This document shows positions 13,346-28,809 of a DNA stretch of 64,000 nucleotides, piece by piece. A program made the position numbers and the translations under genes. Below the pieces are notes generated by a model. It made no database searches, had not been told where the DNA came from, and was given only the letters and a program-made list of their open reading frames with translations. The DNA comes from the human T2T-CHM13v2.0 reference genome, Homo sapiens: the NCBI RefSeq assembly GCF_009914755.1, contig NC_060930.1; one strand, written 5' to 3'. The stretch's first letter is position 1. Every line of letters starts with the position of its first letter.

Positions 13346-13523
13346 TTTATTATTTTTTTCTTTTGCTTTCATAATTCTTATCTCTGTCTTTCATTTGGAA
13401 ATAGAGACGATTTTTCATGTAAGAACTCTTGATCCGGTTGAATAACCACAGTTTAGATAATAGAACGTTAGACACCATAACACTCCATATAAAAGCACAG
13501 ATTGATCGTGCATCTGACAGAGC
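13346..13523 (-). other. Candidate terminal exon of an unidentified minus-strand transcript
   Basis: Acceptor CTTGGTTTCATTGCAG| at 13524, non-repetitive sequence with 4 CpGs in about 100 bp, AATAAA at 13346-13351 (minus strand). Confidence 0.35.
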
Positions 13524-14864
13524 CTGCAATGAAACCAAGTGGTAGTAAATTGTACACATCTGAAATATATACATAGATCTAAAACTAATAAAACTCAAAA
13601 TACAAACAGATTCTGCATTTCCAGCAGAGATTATTTTTACTATTCTATTTTTTTGTTTTTTTTGGTTTTCAGAGCAAGTACATTCACTAGTATACATCAG
13701 TATATATTTTTCAATTTTATGCTGATATAACAAACCAAATCATACAAAAAAACTGCTTACACTATATCTATTGTAGTCCATAGGCTCCTGTCCTTGGGAA
13801 TAAAAGATTATTGATTATTGATCTTTTCTCTATCATTTCTTAGTAGGAAAATAAACCAAGTAGAGATTTTTTCCATATACAGAGATCTTGTAAGTATAGG
13901 ACATGAGGTTTATTGTAGGTGGATTGATAACGTTTCTTTGTGGAAATATCTAAGGCCATACTAACTTTGGAGTTATGCTGGTTTAATATGATCTTTCCAA
14001 CATCATAGTTAGTGTCAGAACTTCTTTAGGATCCAGCTTTGACAATCCACAGATGAGTTATCCTATTATCTCTCTCAAAATCAGTCTATTCTGCCTTTCT
14101 ATAGACTGACTTGATATATTTTAACAGTTATGGAATAATACCACATTTCAAATACAAACTGATTAGAAACATATCAGTGTAGATGTAGATATTTACATGG
14201 ACAATAACTTTTGTTAATAAATGCAAAAGCTTTGAGTTTCACCTAGACCAGTTTACTAGCAATATTCTATAGAATTTGGGATTCCTCAGAGGATCTGAAA
14301 TGGTTCCCTAAACACATTTCAATTAGGTAATAAAAGTGTACCTATAGCATAGTTCGAATTAAGATATCACAACGTATTAGGAGAAGCACTTATTATGGAC
14401 TGGGGAGAGCTATTTAAATGTGTGCTGCTAATACTGTAAAACCTAGATAAGACGAGCAGGTGACTATAAAAATCAGTAACACTGATACTACAGTTCAAGG
14501 AGATTACAAAAATCTCCACCTACCTTTCTTGATTGATCAGCTCAAAAACAGAGATTGTATGACATTTTTATAATTCTGGATATTTGATGAATCTTCTCAT
14601 TTTGCTAATTTTTTATAACGTGTTCAAGGAGATGAGTATAACAAAGAATGTTATCTATAAAACACTGTAATATATTTTATAAATATATGTATAAAAATAA
14701 CACACTGATAATTGAGCCATTTGTAAAAAATCGCATAACTTCACAAAAACGAAGCTACAGCAGAAGTAAATGAAGGACTTAGATTCCTGTAAAAGCTATT
14801 GCTGAAACGTACTCAGTTTCTCTAAATGTTGCATAGCACATAGAGTAACAATTAAGAACATGCC

Positions 14865-15253
<389 letters not shown>

Positions 15254-15804
15254 CTATTCTGAAGAAAGATGCTACCAAGGCTATTTAAAACAAAACAAAA
15301 CAAATTCTTTTTTTGATAAACTCCAATAGCTAAATATCTTTGAACAATCACATGGCTACAGTAGCTAGCATATTGCTGTAATTGCACTAATGGAAAGAAC
15401 ATGATAACGCAGGATTTGAAATGTTTTTGTGCTTACAACTGAAGATAAAATGCCAGCAATAAAATTAAAAGTTAAATATGGGACTCAATAGCCAAAACTA
15501 AATAAATATGCCTACTTGGAGAGACTATCTGCCAGAGGTAAAAAATGAGAAAGCTGGGGGTTTTTTTAATGGCCAGATAAAACATCTTATAATGGTATAA
15601 GACCTTTTATTAGTTTCTGTCAAACAATGAAGACTTAAACTTGTTGAGGAACAAGTTGTTATTACCTTCTAGTTTTATGTCTGACCCACTAAGAAATCAC
15701 CAAATAATTGGATATGTTAATGTTCAAGTTCAAAACAATTATTTCCTTATATTCCTTACACTCCTTGCCCTCCTCCAAGTTTGCACAGCAGCTTGAGAAC
15801 TTAC

Positions 15805-15834
15805 TTTTTGTTATTATTTTCTGTAGCCACTTAG
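15805..15834 (-). other. Candidate 30-nt internal exon
   Basis: Minus strand: CCTGTTTCATCTAG|CTAAGTGGCTACAGAAAATAATAACAAAAA|GTAAGT. Confidence 0.25.
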
Positions 15835-16116
15835 CTAGATGAAACAGGATATTCTTGATTTGAGGCTTTTTTAAAATCATACATAATTTTATTAAAAACT
15901 AGTTAATTAGAAAACAAAATTATTTACATGATATTTTACTTTTGATGCAAAACAAAAACACACAACTTCCCTAGACAGAAGAATAGTCATATGCATATTA
16001 AAGGAATACAGTGTATCACAATGCTAAGAAACGTCTTTGAGTTGAAAGTAAATGAAATTTAAGAAATTCTATATAAATTGCTGTAGTTTCCAAATTCCTT
16101 GAAATAAAACTTTACT

Positions 16117-16240
16117 ATTTTTTCAGCCTTATAAGGTATAACTGACAAATAAAATTGTATACATTTCTGGTGTGCAATGTGATGTTTTGATATATGTAAA
16201 TGTTTTGAAATGATCAAGTTAAGCTATTAGCATAGCTATG
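16117..16240 (-). mobile_element. L1MA 3' terminal fragment
   Basis: GGTATAACTGACAAATAAAATTGTATACATTT..GTGTGCAATGTGATGTTTTGATATATG. Confidence 0.7.
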
Positions 16241-19139
16241 CTTTCAAGACAAACACATATACCCATTCACTCACACATTCACACAGAAAGCAGTTTAAAT
16301 GTTCAAGTTACTATAAACTTAATGTGTGCCACTGAGGAATTTGAATTCCTCAAAAAAGTCATATTGTTTTCATTGGTTGGTAGGTACGTTTGATAAATTT
16401 AGGCTCATAAAATTTATTTATAGTTATAAAGTACCTTCAAAGGTAAATAACAAGATAGATGCTGTATATATTCAACTTCAAAATAATAGCATTATTATTT
16501 AACTATTTACTCTGGGCCAGCAAAATAGTACTCCAATCTTCTCCAGAAAATGATTATTTGGGTACTCTTTTAAAAATATCTTCAGAAAAGCAAACATCTG
16601 ACAAATGATTCCTAGTTATTCCCAAATCAAAATTCAAAAGTTTCTAATGTCTACCATACATTTATCTTGTTCTTTAGCTCTATACTTTTTGCCTCAATCT
16701 TTAATGGAACTGAAAAACCACTTCATAGAATAGACTACAGAAAGAAATTATGTCACTTTTCTAAGCTTTATCTTCTTAAGGCTAGACAAAGTAAATCCCC
16801 TTTAATTTCAATTATAGGGGTTATTTTACAATAAATAGTTCTACAGTGAATAAGGGAAATCAAAATCTTTTGTCACCAATGACCTTTGGTAGAAGAGCTG
16901 GTCCAGCTCTGAAAATTAAACAGAAGCCTAGCGTCCTCACACCTGGCCTGATCAGCAGAGATAAGCATGATGGCCTGTTATCTTTATAAACTTGATGAAA
17001 GGGAAGGGACTGTAGATTATTTTTACACTGCCCTATACAAGAAAGGGCAGAAAGACAGGACTGAAAATTGTGTTAGACTTAGTGTTTCCAGACCCATTAA
17101 TTTTAAAAGTTGGGATTAGAAGGCATTTCCTTCAACTGCATCCCAAGAACATTGGACTTCATCTTTAAGGACATTTTAAAATTATCTTCAGAGCTTCTTC
17201 AAATATTTTTCTCTTAAGCACTTTAGAGAAACTCAAGAGGTCTACACCTCAAAGCTAATAGAACATCATACATATTTCTATTCTCTCATGTATGCAAAAT
17301 TGGAGAAAAAAATTGTTTCCAAGCCTTTTTTACAAATATGATACCCTCCATGTAAATCAGATGCAGTAATTTTTTCTCTTAGGTTTTATGTTTCACTTTT
17401 TGCTCAGCTGTTAGTCAAGTCTAATTATTGTAGTTTCAAGGAACCTGTTTTTCATAACCTCTTCTTTTCCACTATTTGAACTTTTAAAGGTTTCTCTGGT
17501 TTTTTACATATTTTTTCCTTCTTTAATTTCTTTATATGGCTTTGATAAGCTCAATTAAAAGTCAGAGGTTTTAGCTGCTTATGCTTTCATTTACATTGTA
17601 GCAGATTTTCAAATTTCTGAGTAAAGATGATTTCTTAGTTTATATAATTAGTACAGATGCAGTGAGTTGAATTAAATCACTCCTAATCAATTTACATTTT
17701 TTGGTTGAAAACTCTCATATATAATCTAAGAACACATTGACATTTCATTTGTTGGAAACAGAGAACAGATTTTTCTCATCAATTTCAATTTTTTATTTTA
17801 ATTACATAGCACATTCTCCCAACACACAGAGAAAAAATACTTTAAACTCATACGTGTATACATACATGTATGTAGAGGATTAGACAAGTATTGTAGTAAA
17901 ATCTGATGCCGTTCTGAAAAATTATTTGAATAATCACCCTTCAACTTTAAAAAAATATTTTTAGACTATACAGCATTTCATATGCCTACCCACGTAATTT
18001 AACATGTTGACAATGAAAATAGATATCACCATTCATGTTATTATTCTACTTACTAGAATTAGTACGACCATGTTGTCCAACCCTGATCATTATGAAAAAT
18101 AAAATAGATTGTTATTAATAGTGTGTTAAGACAACAGAAATGTATCCTAGAAGAAAGCTGGAAAATTTTAACTGGAGTAATAAATAAAATTGTAATCTTC
18201 CTAATGTAAATAAACAAAGTTAAATTTTACCAGCCTAATGTAAAAATATTTATAAATCCAGTTAGGTTTCAGGCATATATTGTTGGCCTTGATAACAGAA
18301 CCCCAGTATTATTTACGCAAGGGGAGAGTAATGTGTTAAGGGAAAGAAGTCTCTTCTTCCAGCCTCAGGGAATGAACCATGCTTCCTTTTATACTGAGTA
18401 TAATTTATCATCTAATACATCATCATCAAATAAAATTTACAATGTCATGATTTGTCATGACATTGTATGTGTATTATGTATATGTATATATATATGTTCT
18501 TTGTGTATATATATATATTATTTTTTCATATACTCTAGGGGTTGTTATCATTTGAAATACACATAATCTAGGTGTGAATAGTTAGAAGTTGAAAGATTCT
18601 ATTCAGGTGCCAACATTTCAGAGTATCTACTGTAAGTGCTTCCACTACCGTTATCTCTAATTAATAGTAGTGGGTTGGGCTTTTCATCATTTCATGGAAA
18701 GGGTAGAAAAATCTAGTGATCCCAGTAGTCTGTTGTCCTTAGAACTTGAGACTTAGTCCTAACTTATGCTTAATAACTGTGTGAAAATATTTGTGGAAGA
18801 TCTTCTCACCTGATCTGACTAGAAGGTTAGCAGAACCCTGCTATTACACAATGGTGAAACTGCCTCCATGGAACCCTGTCTTATGAAATGTTTTTGTCAA
18901 GTACTTACAAGAACAGAAACTGGGACTTCATTGAGTTACAGAATTGATTGTATGAGTATTTTCATTCCTGCTGGCTAATAAATGTTGAAGTATATGGCAA
19001 AATTTGGTCTAAGACGTGCTCTTATTGTAACACACCTTCTGTTAAAAAAAATGAAAAATTTATGTAGTAGTCCTCATGTATCTCTTTCTTTTTGAGGATA
19101 TCCATATCTTCCAGAAAAAAAAATGTGAATGACACAAAA

Positions 19140-19655
19140 TCAAGATCAAATCAGTAAAACTAAAACCACTACAGCTATTTAGAAGAGTGAATTTTATACA
19201 TAGAATTGGTTAATTGGAAGAAGTTGAGAGACTACAAGGCAAAAAGGGAATAGGGAGGTTACAATGATAGAAAATTACAGGCCTCCAACAGCAGGTCTTG
19301 AATAAACAAGGGAAGAGTTTGGGTTATGAGAACCTAGATGCTGGGAAGAGAGCTGTTCTCAGACCTTGGAGAAGGGGGCAAGTTCCAGTTACTCTGAGGC
19401 TAGTCCGAAACTGTGGAAAACCACCTGAAAACTGAATCAATTGACTGTGGAGGGACCCATTGCCTGGGATGGTAACAGAAGGATACGTAAAAGGAAGTCA
19501 CGTATCTCTTCTCTCTCCTAAGGTTTTCTGGTTTCCTCTAGTCTCAGGACCTAATAGGGGAGAAGCCAGACAAGCAGAAATGCTTGCAGAATCCCAGCCC
19601 AGCATCACAAAGCAAACTATAGAAGAATGGGATTGCAGCTATGAAGAGAAAATGG
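19140..19655 (-). mobile_element. LTR78-like ancient LTR
   Basis: AAACCACTACAGCTATTT...GAATTGGTTA and CCCAGCATCACAAAGCA..TATAGAAG motifs; highly diverged. Confidence 0.45.
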
Positions 19656-19861
19656 CTTTGGTCATCTTGCAACACATAGAAGTTCAATACAATTTTGGCA
19701 ATGATTGTATTGGAGAAAGCCATGTAAACTGGTTTCGGCTAATGGAACCTATGAGAACATCAGCTTGGGGTTACTGGTCTTAAAAATTCTTTTGAATAAT
19801 GTGCTTGTTTGCTTTCTAGTTTCACCACTTACCTATGAATTGTTTTAAAATAAACTGTTTT

Positions 19862-20175
19862 ACCTGGGCGAAGCGGCTCATGACTGGTATCCCAGCACTT
19901 TTGGTGGCAGAGACAAGAGAATCGCTTGATGCCAGGTGTTTGAGACCAGCCTGGGCACCAGAGTAAGACTCCTATCACTACAAAAAAAAAATTTTTTTTT
20001 TAATTATCCAGGAGTGGTGGCACATGCCTATAGTCCTAGCTACTTGGGAGGCTGAAGTGGAAGGATCACCTGAGCCCAGGAGTTCAAAGTTACAGTAAGC
20101 TATGATCATGCCATTGCACTCCAGCCTGGGTGACAGAGCTAAATGCTGTTCCAAAAAAATAAAATAAAATATTAC
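19862..20175 (+). mobile_element. AluJ
   Basis: Diverged dimer with J diagnostics (GAGCCCAGGAGTTCAA, GCTATGATCATGCC); degenerate TSD AATAAA(C/T)TGTTTT. Confidence 0.92.
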
Positions 20176-20189
20176 AATAAATTGTTTTA

Positions 20190-21495
20190 GAATGAATAAT
20201 CCTGAAATGAACCCACATGATAGGGACAACTGAGTTTTTGGCTGCAGTGCAAAGGTACTATAGTAGAGAAAGGAGTCTTTTCAACAAATGGTACTGAAAT
20301 AATCGAATATTCAGATACAAAAAGAAACATGGACTTTTATTTATGCCTCATATATATTTTAAAAATTCAAAATAGATCATAATAAAACCTAAAACCATAA
20401 AACTTCTAGAAGAAAATATAAGAGAAAGCCTTTGTGGTTTGGGTTTCTCAAATTATTTTTTTATATATCATACCAAAAGAGTAATTCCTAAAAGAACATA
20501 TTGATAAATTAAACTTCATCAAAATCAAGAACTTCTGCTCCTTGAAAGACACAAGAGAATAAAAAGCCTAGAAATAAATATTTTTGCAGCTTACATCTGA
20601 TAAAGGACTTGTATCCAGATTATGTAAAGAACTCTTAAAACACAATAAGAAATAAAGACATGCAAATTTTGAAAACAAGCAAAAGATTTGAACAGACATT
20701 TCACCAAAGAACATACAGGGATGGCAAGCAAACATATGAAGAGATGCTCCATGTCATCAATCACCAAAGACATGCAAATTAAAATCACAGTGAAACAATA
20801 CTACACACCTATCAGAATGCCTAAGATAAAACAGACTGAACATACCAGGTGTTGGCAAAAATATGGAGGAACAAGAGTGCTCTCCTAGTGAAAGTGTAAA
20901 ATGGTACAATCTCTTTGGAAAATAATTTGGTAGCTTCTTAAATAGTTAAGCATACATCTAGCATAGGTTTAACTGTTTCACTTGAAAAGAAAATACATGT
21001 TCATACAAAGACTTGTACAAGAAAGTCCATAGCAAGTTTACTTATAATAACTAAAACCTGGAAACAATGAAAATGTCTGCCAACAGGTACATGGATTAAA
21101 AAGATAATAGTATATCCATACAATGGAATATCACTCAGAAATAAAGAGATGTGCTATTGATACAACAATATGGATGATCTCAAAATGGTTATGCTGAGTG
21201 AAAGAAACTAGACCAAAAAAACTATATATACTGTATGATTTTATGTGTACAAAATGGTAGAAAAGGGAAACTAATATATACCAACAGAAAGCAGATCAGT
21301 AGTGACTTGGGAATAGAGCAATGTGAAGCAGACAGAGATGGAGAGGAAGAATTACAAAAGGGTAGAAAGAAACTTCTTGGAGTGATGGTTATCTTCACTG
21401 TCCTGATTTGGTTATGGTTTAACAGATATATTCATATGTCAAAACCTATCAGATTTATGTACAATTCATTGTATGTAAATTGTGCCTTAATCATG
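20190..21495 (+). mobile_element. L1M (L1MC/MD-type) ORF2 C-terminus and 3'UTR
   Basis: Translation MNRHFTKEHTGMASKHMKRCSMSSITKDMQIK... matches the L1 ORF2 C-terminal region, followed by an L1M 3'UTR. Confidence 0.88.
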
Positions 21496-21509
21496 TTTTT
21501 CTAAACTGT

Positions 21510-22800
21510 TTTTATACTTTTGATCTTTATATAAAATCACATTGAAATAAATATCTTGTGGCTTGCTTCTTTCATTCTAGATTTTTTTTTGACATTAACC
21601 CTGTTGATTATTAGTGGCAGTTTATGTGTACAATGTATTAAAATATATTTATCAATTACACTGTTGATGAACATTTAGGCTCCTTCTAGTCTTTGTCCAT
21701 GGTGGCAGTGCTGTTTTACACATTCATATGCTTGTCCCCTGGGGCATTTGGAAGTGTTTTCTTAGGGTAAGTTTCTAAAGCTAAAGGTAAGATTATTTGC
21801 ATTTTCAATTTTTCTAGTGAATGCTAAACTATTTTCTAACATGATTATTCCAATTTACACCCTTACCAGTAGTGAATATTCTTTTAGCTCACAAATTGAC
21901 CAACACACATATAATATAATCCGATTTTTAAATAGCTGTCTATCTGAAGTATACTATTGTCTTAGCTCACGCTACCATAACAAAATACCATAGTCTCAGT
22001 GGCTTAAACACAGAAATTTATTGTCTCAGAGTTATGTAAGCTGGGAGTTCAAGATCAGAGTGCCAGTATGGTCAGGTTCTGGTGAGGGCCTTCTTCCTGG
22101 CTTCTAGATGGCCACCATCTCGCTATATCTTCACCTGGCAAGGGTGTGCACTTACAAAAAGAAATTGCACTCTCTTTCTCTCATCATAAAGGCCACTAAT
22201 CCCATCATAAAAGCCTCGCCCTCAAGACCTAATCTAACCCTAATTACCTCCCCAAGCCCCTATCTCCAAATATCATCATATTAGGGGTTAGAGCTTCAAC
22301 ATATGAATTTCAGGAGGACAAAAACATTCAGTTCATAACAGCCATGAAATCACACTATAGCTTTAATTACTAATGACCTAATTACTAAAGAAGTTGGATG
22401 TCTCTTAAGGACTTTTTTTTTTTCTTTTGCCTCTGCTGTAAAATGCTTGATCGTACCTTTTGTCAATTTTTTATTGAAATGTTTGTATTTTTCTTATTGA
22501 CTCATTGTTATAACATATATATTTTTAATTTATTTCTTTGTTGGCTGTTTGTGTTACAAATATCTTTTAATTTGTGGCTTAAATCTTCACTCTCTTCATA
22601 ACAATTTGATATGTAAAATATTTTAATACAGTCAAATTAATATTTTTTAAATATTTTTAAAATTTTTGACTTTTTAAAGAGTTATTTTCTTTCCTAAAAT
22701 AAAGTCTTAAAAGTATTAATCTATATTCTTTTTCTAATTTTATAAATTAGCATTTAATCCAAAGGGAATCTGGGATTTTTTGTTTCTTGAATTGTTTAAA
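21510..22800 (-). mobile_element. L1ME-type fragments (interrupted by MLT1A)
   Basis: CTGTTGATGAACATTTAGG and CCAATTTACACCCTTACCAG motifs in reverse orientation; boundaries approximate. Confidence 0.6.
21955..22340 (-). mobile_element. MLT1A-type MaLR LTR
   Basis: GCTACCATAACAAAATACCATAG..GGCTTAAACACAGAAATTTATT...TCAACATATGAATTT...CATTCAGTTCATAACA. Confidence 0.88.
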
Positions 22801-22994
22801 TTAATAAATGGTCAACACAGTCTTTGGCCAACCATAGTAGTAACCATAGCAGAGTAAATGTTGGATGGTAGATTAGAAAGATGGAAAGACCCTTAATCAT
22901 TGATAATTTAATTAAATATCTAAATAAACCTTGGAACCACCTATTTTCTGATTTCTTGCTATTTGAGATAATGTTTTTGCTGCCTGAGCCACTC

Positions 22995-23444
22995 TTTTTT
23001 GCAGCTTTAGTAAGGTATGATTAATAAATGTGAGATATATGTAATATATATATTTCATATACACTATGTATATGTAATGATAATGTGAGATATACGTAAT
23101 ATATATATTTCATATACACTATGAAATAATTACCACAATTAAGCTAGCTAATATATCAATCACCTCACATAGTTACCATAGTTGAACTCATAGTAACAGA
23201 GAATAGAATGGTGGTTACCAGGGACTGAATGTGGGGAAAAGGGGGAGCTATTGATTAGAGGGTTCAAACCTTTAGTTAAAAGATTATAAGTACTGGAAAT
23301 GTAATATACAACATGGTGACTACAGTTAATAATATTGTCTTATATACTTCAAATTAGCAGAGGGTAGATCTCAAGTGTTCTCACCACACTCACACACACA
23401 CACACACACACACAGACATTCACACACACACACACAATGGTAAG
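22995..23444 (-). mobile_element. L1MA 3' end with 5' inversion (twin priming)
   Basis: Poly(T) plus terminal 3'UTR on the minus strand (22995-23180) joined to the adjacent upstream 3'UTR on the plus strand (23181-23443); TSD TGAGCCACTC at 22985-22994 and 23445-23454. Confidence 0.88.
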
Positions 23445-23786
23445 TGAGCCACTCATGTCTGAGTATTCTTTTACTTACTCTTAAACATTTACTATTTGAT
23501 AAAAGGTATTACAACTACCTGGGCACGTTTTCCTAAGCAAGAGGCACATTTTCCTAAGTAAGATTGGGAAACAGAACAGAAAAATCAAGACAAGCTAGCA
23601 CAACCCTGATCCAATTATTAGGTTGGTGCAACAGTAATTGCAGTTTTGCATTGTTAAAATTTGCCATTTGATATTGGAATACATTCTTAAATAAATATGG
23701 TTATGTTATTCATCATTTTAGGGTATATTTCTCACTTTTTTTGCTAATGACATTGCTTGCTATATATTTTATATTTATTTCAGACT

Positions 23787-25148
<1,362 letters not shown>

Positions 25149-26819
25149 TAAGATGTGTTTGAGCCTAGTTATAATGATTTAAAATTCACAGTCCAAAACT
25201 ACAATTACATTTGCACCAATCTAGTTGGTGCAAAATAGTGGATTTGTCTTTAAAATATTAAAATATTAAAATCCACTAATAGTTTTCATCTTTGTACTGG
25301 AGTTGACATGATGCCTTTATTGTTACCTAATTGTACCAGTTACCCTCTCTCTTTTGAGGATCCTACTCAGGGTTATCAGTTTCTGTTGCAAAACAAGACA
25401 CAGTTTCAGTATTGAAAACAGCCCTCTCTCTTGGCTTCTTGTTATTGATACTAAGAATCAGCAACCTCTTGAAACAGCTCTCCTGAAACAAGCTTGATGA
25501 TAGTGGCTGGCAGGGCCTGAGAGAGATTTGATGTACTTTTAATAGTACACGTGGTGCCATTCTGAGAACACTGCACTTGACAGAACATTATTGCAACCAA
25601 AGGGCCATATTAATGTCTTATGAGGCTGTAAACTTGTTGAAAATACACCTGAATTCTCAGATGTAAGGACATGAAGATGTAAGTAAGCCTGGGGCAAGCG
25701 TTTAGCTTTGCAGTTTATTTTCTGCTTAACAACAATCGGGAAAAGAGTAGCAAACTCCTATTACTTATGATTCATGCAGCGATCCACTTATACCTCAGGT
25801 GGACAACTTAGGGAAGATGAAGCTGTTTGCATCATTATACCCAAGAGAGTGATTCTCAAGATCTGGACTATGAAGATTTGACAGTGTGAAGCACCAGACC
25901 ATTTAGAAAAACCCATTACATGAAATTTGTTCCAATTAATATGAAAGCCTAGCATTTCCCCAAAAGCACCTCCTAGGGTAAGCAGTGAATGGATTGATAT
26001 TTTGCAGATTCTGTTGATTAGGTTAACCAGAGCATAAGGCATTATGGCTCTCAGTCACCAATTATTATGCTTTATTGGTATAACAAAATCTCTCATTTTC
26101 CAGCAAAATGACCTCCTCAGTTTGACCTCTCACACCCCAAATCACTTTATATCTGTTCAGTTTCTTTTGTAGAATATGACCTCCAAATAGAATTAATTAG
26201 TTAGTAAAGATTGGTGGAAAAGTCCTATACAAAAGAGATACCCACTTCGGAAGTAAGGGTGCAGAGCAGAACACAAATGACAAAGGGAAGTCAGGAGACC
26301 ACAGAACTGGGCCTGACAATGTCTGTAATGCACCCAGTGAATTTATGCCTAATTTTTCTCATCTGTTTCTTAATAGGAGAAGTTGAGCTAGATTGCCTTT
26401 ATAAAAGTAGATATCTTCACCTCCTTATTTCTGGATTCTTCTAACACATATTTTATTCTGCCTTTGTCACTGCTCAGGACATTCCCTCTCATCATCACCT
26501 TTAACATCCTCCATTAAACAACCATCAGAATCCTATGCCTCTTAGAAAATTTCTTGGTTTTCTAAGAAACGTTGGAACTCATAACCTTGTAACAATTGAA
26601 AGTCTTAAGATGTTTGTTTATGTGTTTGCTTTTCTCAAATAATCAAGAAAAAGATGGAGCCTATGACTGGCTTCTAAAGTGAGAAATTGGTCACGAAGCA
26701 TAACTTCACACCCATGTACACAATATTATGTTGGAGTAATGTGGTAGGAAGTGAGTGAGAGGAAGGGTTCTGTCAAGATTTCACAATAATGGAAACAAGG
26801 CAGCCATGGTCACATGGTA

Positions 26820-27380
26820 TGGCAACCTGGAGATGTGCTACTTATAGCTCCTTACCAGAGAGAACTTTCAGGAGGACTGAGCACAGAGGGGTTTCAACAC
26901 AGGACTTATTTAATGGGAAGTCTTTTCTCTAAAGAAAGTTCATTCATATCCTGTGAATATACCTGTGATAGTCATATACACCAAAGACTAATCAATGTGA
27001 ATATCTGCCCTTATTGGTCTAAAGGCTTTATTCAGTCACAAAAGCATACTCAGACATGCATACAACAAAGTAGAAGTTTCAAAGAATCAATATCCGCCAA
27101 ATCAGCAATAACAGACAAGGAGTTGGTGGATAAAAACTAGGTTTTTCACCCTGGGATGGGGTAAGGTAGGTAACTCAGTTGTATACCACTTTTCTCAGAG
27201 TTCCCTAGAGTGTATACATTGTAACTGCCCACAGTAATTGGCTTAATTGTATACACTTTATATTGACTCCCGCTTCTCCCTGTTTTACTTCCACACTCAT
27301 CTACTAGTTTATCAAATAAACTACTTTCACTTGCATCCTTGTCTCAGGGTCAATTTTTAGGTAAACGCAAACCAAGACAA
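26820..27380 (+). mobile_element. LTR16-family ERVL LTR
   Basis: 3' end AAATAAACTACTTTCACTTGCATCCTTGTCTCAGGGTC...CAAACCAAGACA is typical of LTR16; 5' boundary uncertain. Confidence 0.65.
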
Positions 27381-27614
27381 CTGGCTTGGGTTTGTTATCG
27401 CAGGCAAGACTCTAAATAATGCAGAAAGTTTCCCTGAATCTTCATGCCTGTTCATCTTCCAGAGCCTCCTATGTAAACCTCAGCACTTGGTACTTACCTG
27501 ACACAAAGTAGCAGTTCAATAAATATTTGTTGAACAAAAGAATGAATGAAGAACAAGAAGAAATAAATTATGAGAGAGGAAAGCTTCTCAACAGTGTCTT
27601 CTCAGCACAATGCC

Positions 27615-27648
27615 TGTATTAGTCAGGTTTCTCTAGAGGGACAGATTT

Positions 27649-27701
<53 letters not shown>

Positions 27702-28748
27702 TCATGACAACTATATATATAGTTATATATATATAATATATAGTTATATATATAATATATAGTTATATATATAATATATAGTTATATATATAATATATAG
27801 TTATATATATAATATATAGTTATATATATAATATATAGTTATATATATAATATATAGTTATATATAATATATAGTTATATATATAATATATAGTTATATA
27901 TAATATATAGTTATATATATAATATATAGTTATATATAATATATAGTTATATATAATATATATAGTTATATATAATATATGGTTATATATAATATATAGT
28001 TACATATATATTATATATATAGTTATATATAATATATAGTTACATATATATTATATATATAGTTATATATAATATATAGTTACATATATATTATATATAG
28101 TTATATATAATATATAGTTATATATAATATATGTTATATATAATATATAGTTATATATAATATATGTTATATATAATATATAGTTATATATAATATATGT
28201 TATATATAATATATAGTTATATATAATATATGTTATATATAATATATAGTTATATATAATATATGTTATATATAATATATAGTTATATATAATATAGTTA
28301 TATATAATATATGTTATATATAATATATAGTTATATATATAATATATAGTTATATATAATATATAGTTATATATATAATATATAGTTATATATAATATAT
28401 ATAGTTATATATAACCATATATAGTTATATATGTAATATATAGTTATATATTATATATAAAACATATATAATATATAACTATATATAATATATATAGTTA
28501 TATATATAATACATATAGTTATATATTATAGTTATATATAATATATATAACTATATATTATATATATAGTTATATATAATATATATAACTATATATTATA
28601 TATATAGTTATATATATAAAATATATATAGTTGTCATAAGTGTATATATATATATAAACTCCCATATATATATATAAACTCCCATATATATATACACTCC
28701 TATATATATATATACACTCCTATATATATATATATATACACTCCTATA

Positions 28749-28809
<61 letters not shown>

